Shown here: positions 8,943 through 18,237 of the stretch, piece by piece
Position numbering within the stretch: position 1 is the first letter of the stretch
How the letters are laid out: each line of letters starts with the position of its first letter
Translations under genes and position numbers: made by a program
The notes under the pieces: model-generated
Seen by the model: only the letters and a program-made list of their open reading frames with translations
The model's database searches: none
What the model was told of the DNA's origin: nothing
From: a candidate division WWE3 bacterium
Lineage (GTDB): Bacteria; Patescibacteriota; WWE3; UBA101185; UBA10185
DNA length: 64,000 bases
Reading direction: 5' to 3'
Assembly (NCBI GenBank): GCA_016182565.1
Contig: JACPGI010000005.1
Coordinates: 11,005-75,004, forward strand

Positions 8943-10595
8943 ATGTCAGCAAAAAATATTATATATGGCGATGAAGCAAGAAAAAAATTAAAAGCGGGAG
9001 TTGATAAACTTGCAAATGCAGTTACAACAACGCTTGGACCTAAAGGCAGAAATGTAGGTATAGATAAAAGTTACGGCGCACCACACGTGGTACATGACGG
9101 GGTAACTGTAGCAAAAGAAATTGAACTTGAAGATAAATTTGAGAATATGGGAGCAAGGCTTGTCCTTGAAGCTTCTTCAAAAACAAACGATGTAGCAGGA
9201 GATGGTACTACAACAGCTACTCTTCTTGCTCAAGCTATAGTTGAAGAGGGACTAAGAAATATTTCAGCTGGGGCTAATCCGATGATTATCAAGAAGGGCT
9301 TAGAAAAAGCATCAGAGGCGGTAGTTGAAGAAATTAAAAAACTTTCCAAGCAAATCACCACAAAAGAAGAAAAAGCCCAAGTAGCAAAGGTTTCAGCCCA
9401 AAATGAGGAAATAGGTAATTTGATAGCAGATGCGATGGAGAAAGTGGGCGATGATGGCGTCATTACTGTAGATGAATCTAAAGGCTTTGGCATGGAGCTT
9501 GAATACAAAGAGGGGATGCAATTTGATAAAGGTTATGCCTCTCCATACTTTGTTACCAATTCAGAAAAAATGGAAGCAGAAATAGAAAATCCATTTATAT
9601 TAGTCACAGACCAAAAAGTTACAAACATCCAAGAGCTACTTCCCATGCTTGAAAAACTTGTTCAAGTAAGTAAAAACCTTGTAATTATCTCGGAAGACAT
9701 TGAGGGTGAGGCTCTTGCAACACTTGTTGTAAATAAAATAAGAGGCACTTTCAATGCACTAGCTGTAAAGGCCCCTGGATTTGGTGATCGCCGAAAAGCA
9801 ATGCTTGAAGATATTGCAGTATTAACCGGTGCTACAATGATAAGCACAGATACCGGAAGAAAACTTGATTCTGTAACTGTAGAAGACCTTGGAAAAGCTG
9901 AAAAAGTAGTTTCAACCAAAGACGATACCATAGTGGTAGGTGGCAAGGGGGATAAAAAACTAATTGCTGACCGAGTTTCCCAAATTCACAAACAAATTGA
10001 GCAAGCAAGCGCAGGATATGATAAAGAAAAACTTATGGAAAGAGTAGCCAAACTAAGTGGCGGGGTTGCTGTAATAAGTGTAGGTGCTGCGACAGAAACA
10101 GAGCTTAAAGAGAAAAAACTTCGCGTAGAAGACGCAGTTAATGCCACAAAAGCAGCCGTAGAAGAAGGAATTGTTGCTGGAGGTGGAGTTGCAACTTACA
10201 GAGCAAGGCAGGTCATTAAATCTTTGAAACTTGATGGTGAGGAACTAGTCGGGGCTAACATCCTATATAAAGCACTCGAGAAGCCAATCAGAAAAATTGT
10301 AGAAAATGCTGGGGAAGACTCTGGAAAAATTTTGGCAGAACTTGAACGACATGCAAAAGATCAAAAAAATGACAATATTGGCTTTAATGTCATGACTATG
10401 GAATTTGGCGATATGATTGCTCAGGGAATTGCTGATCCTGCTAAAGTCACAAGAAGTGGTATTCAAAACGCAGTTTCTGTCTCAAACATGATCCTAACTA
10501 CTGAATGTTTGATAGCAGATGCTCCAAAGAAAGAACAAAATGGTGGTGGAATGCCTTCCATGGGCGGTATGGGTGGTATGGATGGGATGATGTAA
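8943..10595 (+). CDS. groEL: Chaperonin GroEL (Cpn60)
   Basis: [36 protein letters not shown], the [15 protein letters not shown] motif, and a GGM-repeat C-terminus ([11 protein letters not shown]). Confidence 0.97.
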   Translation: MSAKNIIYGDEARKKLKAGVDKLANAVTTTLGPKGRNVGIDKSYGAPHVVHDGVTVAKEIELEDKFENMGARLVLEASSKTNDVAGDGTTTATLLAQAIVEEGLRNISAGANPMIIKKGLEKASEAVVEEIKKLSKQITTKEEKAQVAKVSAQNEEIGNLIADAMEKVGDDGVITVDESKGFGMELEYKEGMQFDKGYASPYFVTNSEKMEAEIENPFILVTDQKVTNIQELLPMLEKLVQVSKNLVIISEDIEGEALATLVVNKIRGTFNALAVKAPGFGDRRKAMLEDIAVLTGATMISTDTGRKLDSVTVEDLGKAEKVVSTKDDTIVVGGKGDKKLIADRVSQIHKQIEQASAGYDKEKLMERVAKLSGGVAVISVGAATETELKEKKLRVEDAVNATKAAVEEGIVAGGGVATYRARQVIKSLKLDGEELVGANILYKALEKPIRKIVENAGEDSGKILAELERHAKDQKNDNIGFNVMTMEFGDMIAQGIADPAKVTRSGIQNAVSVSNMILTTECLIADAPKKEQNGGGMPSMGGMGGMDGMM

Positions 10596-10605
10596 GAACT
10601 GGTTT

Positions 10606-11535
10606 TTAACCTAGCACCCGCTTTTTACTCTCGACAAAAGTCTCTAAGATTCTTGGAGTATTATCTGTTCGATTAAAATGGATTAGGTGGGGTTTTGCTA
10701 CCTCGGTAGTCAATTTCCCTGACATATATTTAACTTGAAAAAACATTGCAATCTGCTCTAGTCTATTTAAGAGCCAATTCTTCGAAGCAATAATAGATGT
10801 AATCTTATAATCCAAGTCTCCAAAGTTTCCAAAATACCCCCTCACCCAAGCATTTTCTTTCAAAAACCTAAAATAAGTATTGTTTTTATCAAGTACTGGG
10901 TAAAGCATCACAACCTCATGAGCTACATACAGATTTCTTTTGTTTTTTGGCCAAGCTAAATACCCCTCATCAATTAAAATATTTGGACATATTTTTTGTT
11001 TTGGGTTGGTATCAGTTCTTAACTCCCCAAGTATCTTTAAAATTAAAAATAGAAATCCACGCGTTAGCCAAACACGATTATTTTTTGTAACTACTAAGAT
11101 ATCTAAATCAGAATCTAAGTCAGCATTAAATGCTGCAACTGACCCCGTCACCCCAATAAACTGAATCCACGGAATTCGCCCCAAAATACCTGCGATTTTC
11201 TTCACTTTTTTTATTAGAAAACTACTGTTTTTCTTTCGAGCCTCCCAATCAACTGTCACGGTTTTATACAGATAAAAAAACTTCCCATCTTTTACACTTA
11301 CCTTATGCATTTTAATTAAATTTTCTAAAGCCTTACTTACAGTTGGGATATCAATTTTTTTCCTGGTTAGTAAAAAATTTAAGAGTTGGTAAAAACTTAA
11401 TGGGTAATTAAAAACGGTCCGATAACTTAAAGTTTCAAGAATCTCGCGTTCAACGCTTTTTGTGGTATTGATACTAACTACCAAATTATTCTGACTACGA
11501 TTTTGTTTTGTTTTGAATTTCTTATTTCGAGGCAT
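10606..11535 (-). CDS. Nucleotidyltransferase-fold protein (pol-beta-like NTase motif)
   Basis: GVTGSVAAFNADLDSDLDILVV fits the G[SG]-x(9-13)-DxD minimal nucleotidyltransferase motif; the rest has no recognised domain. Confidence 0.4.
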   Translation of the reverse strand: MPRNKKFKTKQNRSQNNLVVSINTTKSVEREILETLSYRTVFNYPLSFYQLLNFLLTRKKIDIPTVSKALENLIKMHKVSVKDGKFFYLYKTVTVDWEARKKNSSFLIKKVKKIAGILGRIPWIQFIGVTGSVAAFNADLDSDLDILVVTKNNRVWLTRGFLFLILKILGELRTDTNPKQKICPNILIDEGYLAWPKNKRNLYVAHEVVMLYPVLDKNNTYFRFLKENAWVRGYFGNFGDLDYKITSIIASKNWLLNRLEQIAMFFQVKYMSGKLTTEVAKPHLIHFNRTDNTPRILETFVESKKRVLG

Positions 11536-11923
11536 CTAGAACCTCGTTAACCAGCTTATCCGCTTTTTCATTTTTTTCACGGGGCACATGTGTAAAATCA
11601 ATTTCCTTAAAAAATGGTTTTAATTTTGTAACCTTTTCGTTAAGCGCCTTCATATTTGTATTTTTGACCTTGTATAAACCATTCACCTGCTTTACAACAA
11701 GTTCACTATCAAGAAAACAACTCAGCCTGTCTGCGCCCAAACTCTGAGCTGTTTTTATGCCGTGTATCAAAGCTTGGTATTCAGCCTCGTTATTTGTGCA
11801 ATGACCTAAAAATATCCCCAATTCCCTTACTACCTCACCCGATTCGTTTTCTATAACTATACCGGCAGCACTCGGTCCAGGATTTCCTCTTGCGCCACCA
11901 TCTGTATGTAATATTAATTTCAT
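11522..11923 (-). CDS. rnhA: Ribonuclease HI
   Basis: MKLILHTDGGARGNPGPSAAGIVIEN...NNEAEYQALIHGIK carries the RNase H DxG...E...D signature. Confidence 0.85.
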   Translation of the reverse strand: MKLILHTDGGARGNPGPSAAGIVIENESGEVVRELGIFLGHCTNNEAEYQALIHGIKTAQSLGADRLSCFLDSELVVKQVNGLYKVKNTNMKALNEKVTKLKPFFKEIDFTHVPREKNEKADKLVNEVLDASK

Positions 11924-11925
11924 AA

Positions 11926-12537
11926 CTATTTTTTTAAATATTCTTTAAATGAAATAACAACGACCCCAAATACAAGACCTAAAACTATCCCAGCCCACAT
12001 ATCAACCCAGATATTATGAAAGGCTTTATAAACTACAGGTGAACCATCCATAACTATTAAATTTATTTTCTCATCCCCCCGCATGTTTAACTTATCTGAG
12101 GTCTTCAAAGCCTCAGCACTTAAAGTCTTCCAATATTCGCTCGCTTTTACAAAATCCTTGTCTTTAACTTGAATACTCACAAGTTGCGGAGCCGCCTCTT
12201 TGATGGAAACATTCCTTCTTGCCTCACGCAGTGTATTTTCTGTAATTGGCACACCCATTATTTCCAAGGCAGTTTTTCTTATGTCAACACTCTCCAAAAT
12301 ACCTATCAAAGTTTTTGCATAGTTTTTAGCCGTTTGCAGTGCGTAATATCCCTCATATGTATAATCGGCCTTTCTACTAAACTCGGACTCACGCGCAACA
12401 AATATAGAACCCACGGCTCTGTAACCAACAGGCACAAAGTAAAAAACTCCTAAACCAACAAGTAAACCTATAAGTGTAGACCCGGCAAGGATTCTCCAAT
12501 TATTTTTTATGTGTGTGAGTAATTCTTTTAGTTCCAT
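11926..12537 (-). CDS. Hypothetical membrane protein with N- and C-terminal TM helices
   Basis: 203-aa ORF; TM at residues about 15-35 and about 175-195; reads as a chain-length-determinant-like topology, which is speculative. Confidence 0.35.
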   Translation of the reverse strand: MELKELLTHIKNNWRILAGSTLIGLLVGLGVFYFVPVGYRAVGSIFVARESEFSRKADYTYEGYYALQTAKNYAKTLIGILESVDIRKTALEIMGVPITENTLREARRNVSIKEAAPQLVSIQVKDKDFVKASEYWKTLSAEALKTSDKLNMRGDEKINLIVMDGSPVVYKAFHNIWVDMWAGIVLGLVFGVVVISFKEYLKK

Positions 12538-12588
12538 AGCTAGATTATATCAGCAATACATTTTATACTAACACTAAGAATAACTGCC

Positions 12589-15500
12589 ATGCCCGTAAAA
12601 GAACAAATAATAAAAAAGTCTGTCCTAACTCCAACCTTTTTAATAGCAGGTGGTGCTGGATTTATAGGTTCTCATCTTGCTGAAAAACTCCTTGAGCAAC
12701 AAGCTAGAGTTATCGTACTTGATAATTTTAAAACCGGAAAAGATATATACGTAACATCTCTTTTAACAAATCCTAGATTTGCGGTTTTTGATGTAGATAT
12801 CAACCAAGGTCTACCAAAAAATATTCAAAGTGTAGATTACATAATTCATCTAGCAAGTGTGGAGTCTTATTTGTACAGTAGAGACCAAGTAAATTTAGAT
12901 TCACTTCTCACAAATGCACTTGGAACAAAAAATTTATTAGACTTAGCACAGTCATCTGAGGCTAAGTTTTTACTCGTATCATCAATTGATGTATATGAGG
13001 GGCTTATTTCTCCGGTTAGTTTAGAGCAGTACTTTGGCCAAACTCCCGAGGAAGAAAAAAGATATTCACTGAGTGAAGCAAAAAGATTTGCGGAAGCTTT
13101 GGTCTGGGAGTTTTTCAAGAAAAATAAAACTGATGTGAGAATTGTCAGAATCCCCGAAGTTTATGGACCTAGAATGAGTCTTGGAGCAAGTGGCTCCATG
13201 GGGATGTTTCTTAGAGAGGTAATGGAAAATAAGGATATTACTATCTACGGCGAGGGTACTGAAAAAGAATACTACCTGTACATAACAGATGTTATAGGGG
13301 GATTTGTTAAAGCACTTTTTAATAAAGACACGAAAGGTCAGATATTTACAATTGCCCCAGAAGAGCCTTCCACAAGTCTTGAAGTTGCCTATCTTACAAA
13401 AAGCCTTGCTAACGCGGAAGTTAAGGTTGTATTTAATGAAGCTCCCGGAAAAATGTTTAGTAAAACTGCCAAAATACCAGATCGTGGAAATATAAGTGTT
13501 TTAAAGTGGGCACCAAAAGTAGAACTTAAGGAGGGTATTAAAAACACCATGATGTGGTTTGGATATGAACCAAATGAACACTCATTTAAACCTGCAAAAC
13601 TTATCGAAGATAAAATGATGCAAAAAGACATGAAGACTGGGCGAAGGATAGCCTCAATATTTGGGGTTTCACAGGAAGATATAGATACAAGTGGTGTTAT
13701 AAAGCCTTTAGGAAGTCTTAATTTCGCACGAAATATAACCCCAGTGCTAGCAACTGCAAAAATTACAAACGACATCAAAGTAAAACTTGCACCTATAAAA
13801 AAAGAAGAAACCACCTCAATCTGGGATTTCAAAAATGAAGGGTTAGGCTTATACAAAAATCTTATGCAAGAAAAGGAGTTACTTCCCCCAAAGACTATCA
13901 ACGATAGGTTGTTACAAAAACCTAGAGATATTCTTAAAAAAATAAGATTTATTGGGGTGAAAGATGAAATCCCTGCCGTAAGACCCCCAATTCAAATATC
14001 ACCTGCAAATCTGCCTGGATCTGAAATCAGTCAATCTGAAAAAAATTTGTTAGCAGCAAAGCCTTGGAATTTTACTGATGCTAGTGCTAAACGAAAAAAA
14101 ATGATTTTAATTTCTGGAGTGGGAGTTTTATCAGCACTTGTCGTATTTACATGTATCCCACTACTCCAGACATATTTCTATACTAAATCTGGGATGAAAG
14201 CGCTTCAAAGCTCAGCTAATTACCTAATGCAACTTGATTCATCCAGCGCAAAAAATTCCTCAAACGCAGCATTTCAAAACTTCTACAAAGCCCAAAGAGC
14301 TATAGAAAAAGATAGATGGCTTTTTACCCTAGCAGGCAAAAAAGATTTACACACAACAACTTCCAGTTTACTTAGTTCAGCAAGTTATTTCTCAAAAGGA
14401 ACTTACAATATAGCAAAAGGATCTCAGCCTTTTACGGAAATTTGGGAAATTATAAAACCAAACACCCAGACGCAATTTAATAAAGACGCGTTTACTGAGG
14501 CACAAATAAACTTCGATGAGGCAAAAAATAATATTCAAAGAGCACAAGGAGCGTTTAAAAATGTAAACGAGATACTTATTCCAGCAAGCCAAAAAACGAA
14601 TCTTGAAACTTACAAAAATGCCTTAAATTTGATCTCTTCAAACATAGATACGGTTTCTCTTCTTGCAACAGAAGTACCAAATCTACTTGGGGCTAAGGAT
14701 ACCCCAAAAAGATACATGGTGCTTTTTCAAAATTCCAATGAGATTAGACCCACAGGCGGATTTATTGGTTCATATGCGATTGTGGAGTTTAAAGACGGCA
14801 AAATCCAAAATCTTACAATTGATGATATTTACAATCCGGATGGCCAAATCGATGTTAGAAATATACAAGTAGCACCGCCTGCTACACTCGGCAAACTTTT
14901 GGATGAGAAAAAACTTTATCTTCGAAATGCAAACTGGGATCCTGACTTTGGTAAGACTTCCGAAACCATAAAAGATCTGTACTTTAGAGTAACTGATAAA
15001 ACACTCGATGGGGTGATTGCTCTTGATTTAAACTTTGCCCAAAATTTATTAAGAGTCACAGGGCCAGTTTATCTAACTGCCTTTAGTGAAGAAATTTCGG
15101 CAGATAATATGTATGAGAGAGCACAATTTCATAGTGAATTTAATTATAAAGATGGCTCGGATCAAAAAAGAGCTTTTCTTACTATCCTGGGAAGTAAACT
15201 CCTCGAAAGTATTTTTGCCTTACCAAACACAAAAATTCCGGAACTTGCAAAAGAAATTGACACAGCACTTACAGAAAAGCATCTATTACTTAATATTCAA
15301 AACAGTGCTTTTGGAGCTGAGTTACAAAAAAGATTCTGGGATGGAAGTGTGGTAAAAGTTGAGCCAAGTGCTGCCGACTATCTGTATGTAGTGAATGCCA
15401 ATGTGGGTGGAACAAAAGCCAATTATTTTGTAAAAAACGATATGCAGTACAACGTGTCTTCAAAAACAAGGGATGGAGTTTTAAGAGCTGAGCTTAAACT

Positions 15501-15951
15501 TACCTACAATCACACAGGCACGAGTATGGCTTGGCCGGGAGGAACAGGTGCTTCTATACAAACTATCAATACGACTGGAGAAGAAGCCAGTATCGATATT
15601 CAAAAAGAAATAACTATAGATAAGGTAGGAAACTATGTATCTTTTGAAAAACTAATTGAGGTACAACCTACTCAAAAGGTAATACTTACTATCACCTATG
15701 ACATACCACAAAACCTAGCTATCACAAATGAACACAAAGAGTACAAGCTCTTCTGGCAAAAACAGGGCGGTACTACAGATGACAGTTTTACTTTCAAGTT
15801 TGAGCCTCCTTTTGGTACAACAATACAAGAAACCTCTACTAAATACTCCCAAAGCTCAAATGGGATAAAAATGGAAAATTCTCAGGGCAGTACAACTGAA
15901 GTTCGGGGCAATTTAAACAGTGACTTCTGGTACTTGGCAAAACTTAAATAA
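12589..15951 (+). CDS. Fusion protein: N-terminal NAD-dependent sugar epimerase/dehydratase (SDR, Rossmann) domain, a TM helix, and an extracytoplasmic domain of about 600 aa with no recognised fold
   Basis: GGAGFIGSHLAEKLL glycine-rich NAD motif within about 320 aa of UDP-sugar epimerase/decarboxylase-like sequence. TM helix at about residue 505 (MILISGVGVLSALVVFTCIPLL). A long C-terminal domain follows, containing ...RPTGGFIGSYAIVEF.... Confidence 0.6.
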   Translation: MPVKEQIIKKSVLTPTFLIAGGAGFIGSHLAEKLLEQQARVIVLDNFKTGKDIYVTSLLTNPRFAVFDVDINQGLPKNIQSVDYIIHLASVESYLYSRDQVNLDSLLTNALGTKNLLDLAQSSEAKFLLVSSIDVYEGLISPVSLEQYFGQTPEEEKRYSLSEAKRFAEALVWEFFKKNKTDVRIVRIPEVYGPRMSLGASGSMGMFLREVMENKDITIYGEGTEKEYYLYITDVIGGFVKALFNKDTKGQIFTIAPEEPSTSLEVAYLTKSLANAEVKVVFNEAPGKMFSKTAKIPDRGNISVLKWAPKVELKEGIKNTMMWFGYEPNEHSFKPAKLIEDKMMQKDMKTGRRIASIFGVSQEDIDTSGVIKPLGSLNFARNITPVLATAKITNDIKVKLAPIKKEETTSIWDFKNEGLGLYKNLMQEKELLPPKTINDRLLQKPRDILKKIRFIGVKDEIPAVRPPIQISPANLPGSEISQSEKNLLAAKPWNFTDASAKRKKMILISGVGVLSALVVFTCIPLLQTYFYTKSGMKALQSSANYLMQLDSSSAKNSSNAAFQNFYKAQRAIEKDRWLFTLAGKKDLHTTTSSLLSSASYFSKGTYNIAKGSQPFTEIWEIIKPNTQTQFNKDAFTEAQINFDEAKNNIQRAQGAFKNVNEILIPASQKTNLETYKNALNLISSNIDTVSLLATEVPNLLGAKDTPKRYMVLFQNSNEIRPTGGFIGSYAIVEFKDGKIQNLTIDDIYNPDGQIDVRNIQVAPPATLGKLLDEKKLYLRNANWDPDFGKTSETIKDLYFRVTDKTLDGVIALDLNFAQNLLRVTGPVYLTAFSEEISADNMYERAQFHSEFNYKDGSDQKRAFLTILGSKLLESIFALPNTKIPELAKEIDTALTEKHLLLNIQNSAFGAELQKRFWDGSVVKVEPSAADYLYVVNANVGGTKANYFVKNDMQYNVSSKTRDGVLRAELKLTYNHTGTSMAWPGGTGASIQTINTTGEEASIDIQKEITIDKVGNYVSFEKLIEVQPTQKVILTITYDIPQNLAITNEHKEYKLFWQKQGGTTDDSFTFKFEPPFGTTIQETSTKYSQSSNGIKMENSQGSTTEVRGNLNSDFWYLAKLK

Positions 15952-16047
15952 ACACAGAAAGTCCCCCATTGACCGCGTCAAACCAATAAAGTACAATCAC
16001 TTCGCTTTGGGCGGTTATGGCATAAGTGAACAGTACCAAGATATAAA

Positions 16048-16431
16048 ATGCCAAGAAGTAAAATTAAAATGGTACAAATGATTGAAGATAAGCAAATTAA
16101 CGAGCAATTAGCAAAATCAAATTGCTACAAATGTGGGGAAAGTTTAAACGGCGCCAAAATGACAACCATTGGAAAGCTTCCGGCAGCCGTTATAGCCCAC
16201 ACAGTGTGCCCAAATTGCCAAGCAGAAAGCATTATTACTCTAACGCTTGCGGGATCAGGTATAATGCCCCTTATCTCAGATCTTGGCCCAAGTGAAATGC
16301 AAAAATTTGCAACAAATAAGCCAACATCGTATGATGACTTGTTTAAGTTGCACGATATAGTAAAAAAAGGAAAACTATGGAAATTATTGCAGAGAAGCGC
16401 ACCGCTCTCGGAAAACAAAATAAGAAACTAA
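16048..16431 (+). CDS. Hypothetical small zinc-ribbon protein (CxxC...CxxC); overlaps the rplY start by 55 nt
   Basis: CYKCGES...CPNCQAE cysteine pairs; weak support. Confidence 0.3.
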   Translation: MPRSKIKMVQMIEDKQINEQLAKSNCYKCGESLNGAKMTTIGKLPAAVIAHTVCPNCQAESIITLTLAGSGIMPLISDLGPSEMQKFATNKPTSYDDLFKLHDIVKKGKLWKLLQRSAPLSENKIRN

Positions 16432-17090
16432 GAAAAGATAGGAAAGTTCCTGGCGTAATCTACGGGAAAGGTATGGAATCTGTAAATGTTATGGTAGGCC
16501 TTCTTGACCTTGTTAAGACATTTAAAGGGTCTGGGGAGTCTACCTTAGTTGACGTGTTGTTTGATGGCAAGAAAGAAAAGGTCCTTGTCACTGAAGTACA
16601 AGTTCACCCAGTAACGGGCAATCCGATTCACGCAAGCTTTCACAAAGTAAACTTAAAAGAAAAAATTAAAGCAAATGTGCCTGTGGTTGCTATAAACGAA
16701 GAGTTAAATGCCTTTGTTAAAAGCGGCGAGGGTATGATTTTGTCTTTGATAAACGAAATCGAAGTAGAGGCTTTACCTGCAAACTTACCACACAACTTTG
16801 AAGTAGATGTAAAAGATTTGAAACTTAATGAGGGCATCACAGTAGGACAGTTAAACTTTGATAGAACAAAGGTTGAAATTGTTGATTTGGAAGATGATGA
16901 GCTGGTTGTAAAACTTGATAGTGCAAAGATGGCTGAAGAAGTAGAAGAGGTCGTAGCCAGTGAAGAGGAATTGGTGGCAGGTGTTGAAGCAACCAAAGAG
17001 AAGAAGGAAGAAGATAGTGAAGAAAGTAAAGATGGTGAAAATAAGGTAAGTGATAATAAGAGTGGAAAAGATAAGAGTGAGAAGAAATAG
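16377..17090 (+). CDS. rplY: 50S ribosomal protein L25, general stress protein Ctc form, with an acidic/lysine-rich C-terminal tail
   Basis: MEIIAEKRTALGKQNKKLRKDRKVPGVIYGKG... matches the L25/Ctc N-terminal domain; C-terminal EEVEEVVASEEEL...KDKSEKK extension. Confidence 0.85.
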   Translation: MEIIAEKRTALGKQNKKLRKDRKVPGVIYGKGMESVNVMVGLLDLVKTFKGSGESTLVDVLFDGKKEKVLVTEVQVHPVTGNPIHASFHKVNLKEKIKANVPVVAINEELNAFVKSGEGMILSLINEIEVEALPANLPHNFEVDVKDLKLNEGITVGQLNFDRTKVEIVDLEDDELVVKLDSAKMAEEVEEVVASEEELVAGVEATKEKKEEDSEESKDGENKVSDNKSGKDKSEKK

Positions 17091-17169
17091 TCAGGGTTGT
17101 AAATAAGCTTTTAAACATTTCGCGGAAAATTTCACGTTTAAACAAAATTAAAAAGTCTTTTTGTAGAAA

Positions 17170-17200
17170 CCCCGACAAGTACAATATCGGGGCTTCTTGG
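17170..17200. terminator. Hairpin between convergent rplY (+) and the higher-GC island gene (-); possible bidirectional terminator
   Basis: CCCCGA-N11-TCGGGG followed by CTTCTTGGTT. Confidence 0.4.
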
Positions 17201-17230
17201 TTGAAAATTACTGGTGTCAGATGGTCTGGG

Positions 17231-18031
17231 TCAGGCGACGCCGAAAAGTTTCGACAATGTCCCATTCGCAAGCAATATGAACACCACCACCACGACGACC
17301 ATAAATCCAATAGGGCCAAATATGGCTTTTGACCAGGCAGGGGCTTCATGCATTGCAGTGAGTCCAAGCGCAAGTTTGATGTCGTTTTTCTGCACAGTTT
17401 CCGCGTGCTCAATCAACCGCATCTGCACATCTTTTGCATTATCAAGGGCGGTCGTGGAAACCTGTTCCAGAGCGGCAATTGATTGAAGCTGGACTTCGAT
17501 ATCTTGTTGATGTTGCAATTCCTGGTACGCCAACTGCATCGCAAGAACCAGGTCAGTCCCTTCAAGCCGGCGCATCTGCACAGATAGGGATGCCATAACA
17601 GCTTCACGCGTTGTCCCCTTCACATCGAGAAAGGGCGTTTGGCCGGCAACTTGTTTCGCAATTAAATCTGAAAGGATCACAAGTTGAGCCTCAGCAACAC
17701 CGCCCGTGGGATCATTTGCGGTGAGACTCATCAAAGATGGCGAAACTGAAATTATGTCGCTGGATGGTAACCAAATAATGGCTTCGCTTGGATCAACCAT
17801 GGTTATAGCGCCGTTACCATCGCCACTCAACGCCACGTTGATCTTGGTAACACCTGGAAAGGCGTCACCGATCGAAGTCAGAATTTGTTCCTCAGTAAGG
17901 TCTATACCACCGCCAATTGCGACAGTGGGACCGGTGGGTGCATCGGTACCATCAGTATTCCACATGAATGCCGCGGCAATTGCAATCACAACGATTGCCA
18001 AACCAATCAAAATAGAATTTCGTGCTTTCAT
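17231..18031 (-). CDS. Hypothetical bitopic membrane/secreted protein encoded in a higher-GC island
   Basis: 266-aa ORF with an N-terminal signal anchor (ILIGLAIVVIAIAAAF) and a C-terminal TM (GFMVVVVVVFILL). Codon usage is rich in GCC/CTG/GGC, unlike the rest of the window. Confidence 0.55.
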   Translation of the reverse strand: MKARNSILIGLAIVVIAIAAAFMWNTDGTDAPTGPTVAIGGGIDLTEEQILTSIGDAFPGVTKINVALSGDGNGAITMVDPSEAIIWLPSSDIISVSPSLMSLTANDPTGGVAEAQLVILSDLIAKQVAGQTPFLDVKGTTREAVMASLSVQMRRLEGTDLVLAMQLAYQELQHQQDIEVQLQSIAALEQVSTTALDNAKDVQMRLIEHAETVQKNDIKLALGLTAMHEAPAWSKAIFGPIGFMVVVVVVFILLANGTLSKLFGVA

Positions 18032-18237
18032 CTTTTCTCCTTTTCCCTATCCTTAGCTAGAAATTAGCCAGCAGGAAAGAGTCTATGTTATAGCTTGAAT
18101 TAGTTGGTTGAGAATTGGTGTTGGGGAGAGTTTAGTACAAGTGCATTTTGAAGTCAAATAAACTTTTTGTCATAGAGATATAAGAGGTCGATGTCAAGAA
18201 GATAAGACATCGACCAATTTTAGTTATCACTTACAAA

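Noticed and set aside
9230-10466. Antisense ORFs of 67-94 aa inside groEL (9230-9508, 9662-9946, 10263-10466)
   Set aside because: They lie entirely within the strongly supported groEL CDS on the opposite strand, are low-complexity (S/T/P-rich), and are typical antisense artefacts
16640-17412. Minus-strand ORFs of 118 and 191 aa overlapping rplY
   Set aside because: Antisense to the L25 acidic tail; S/T-rich low complexity, and the 191-aa frame crosses the terminator hairpin
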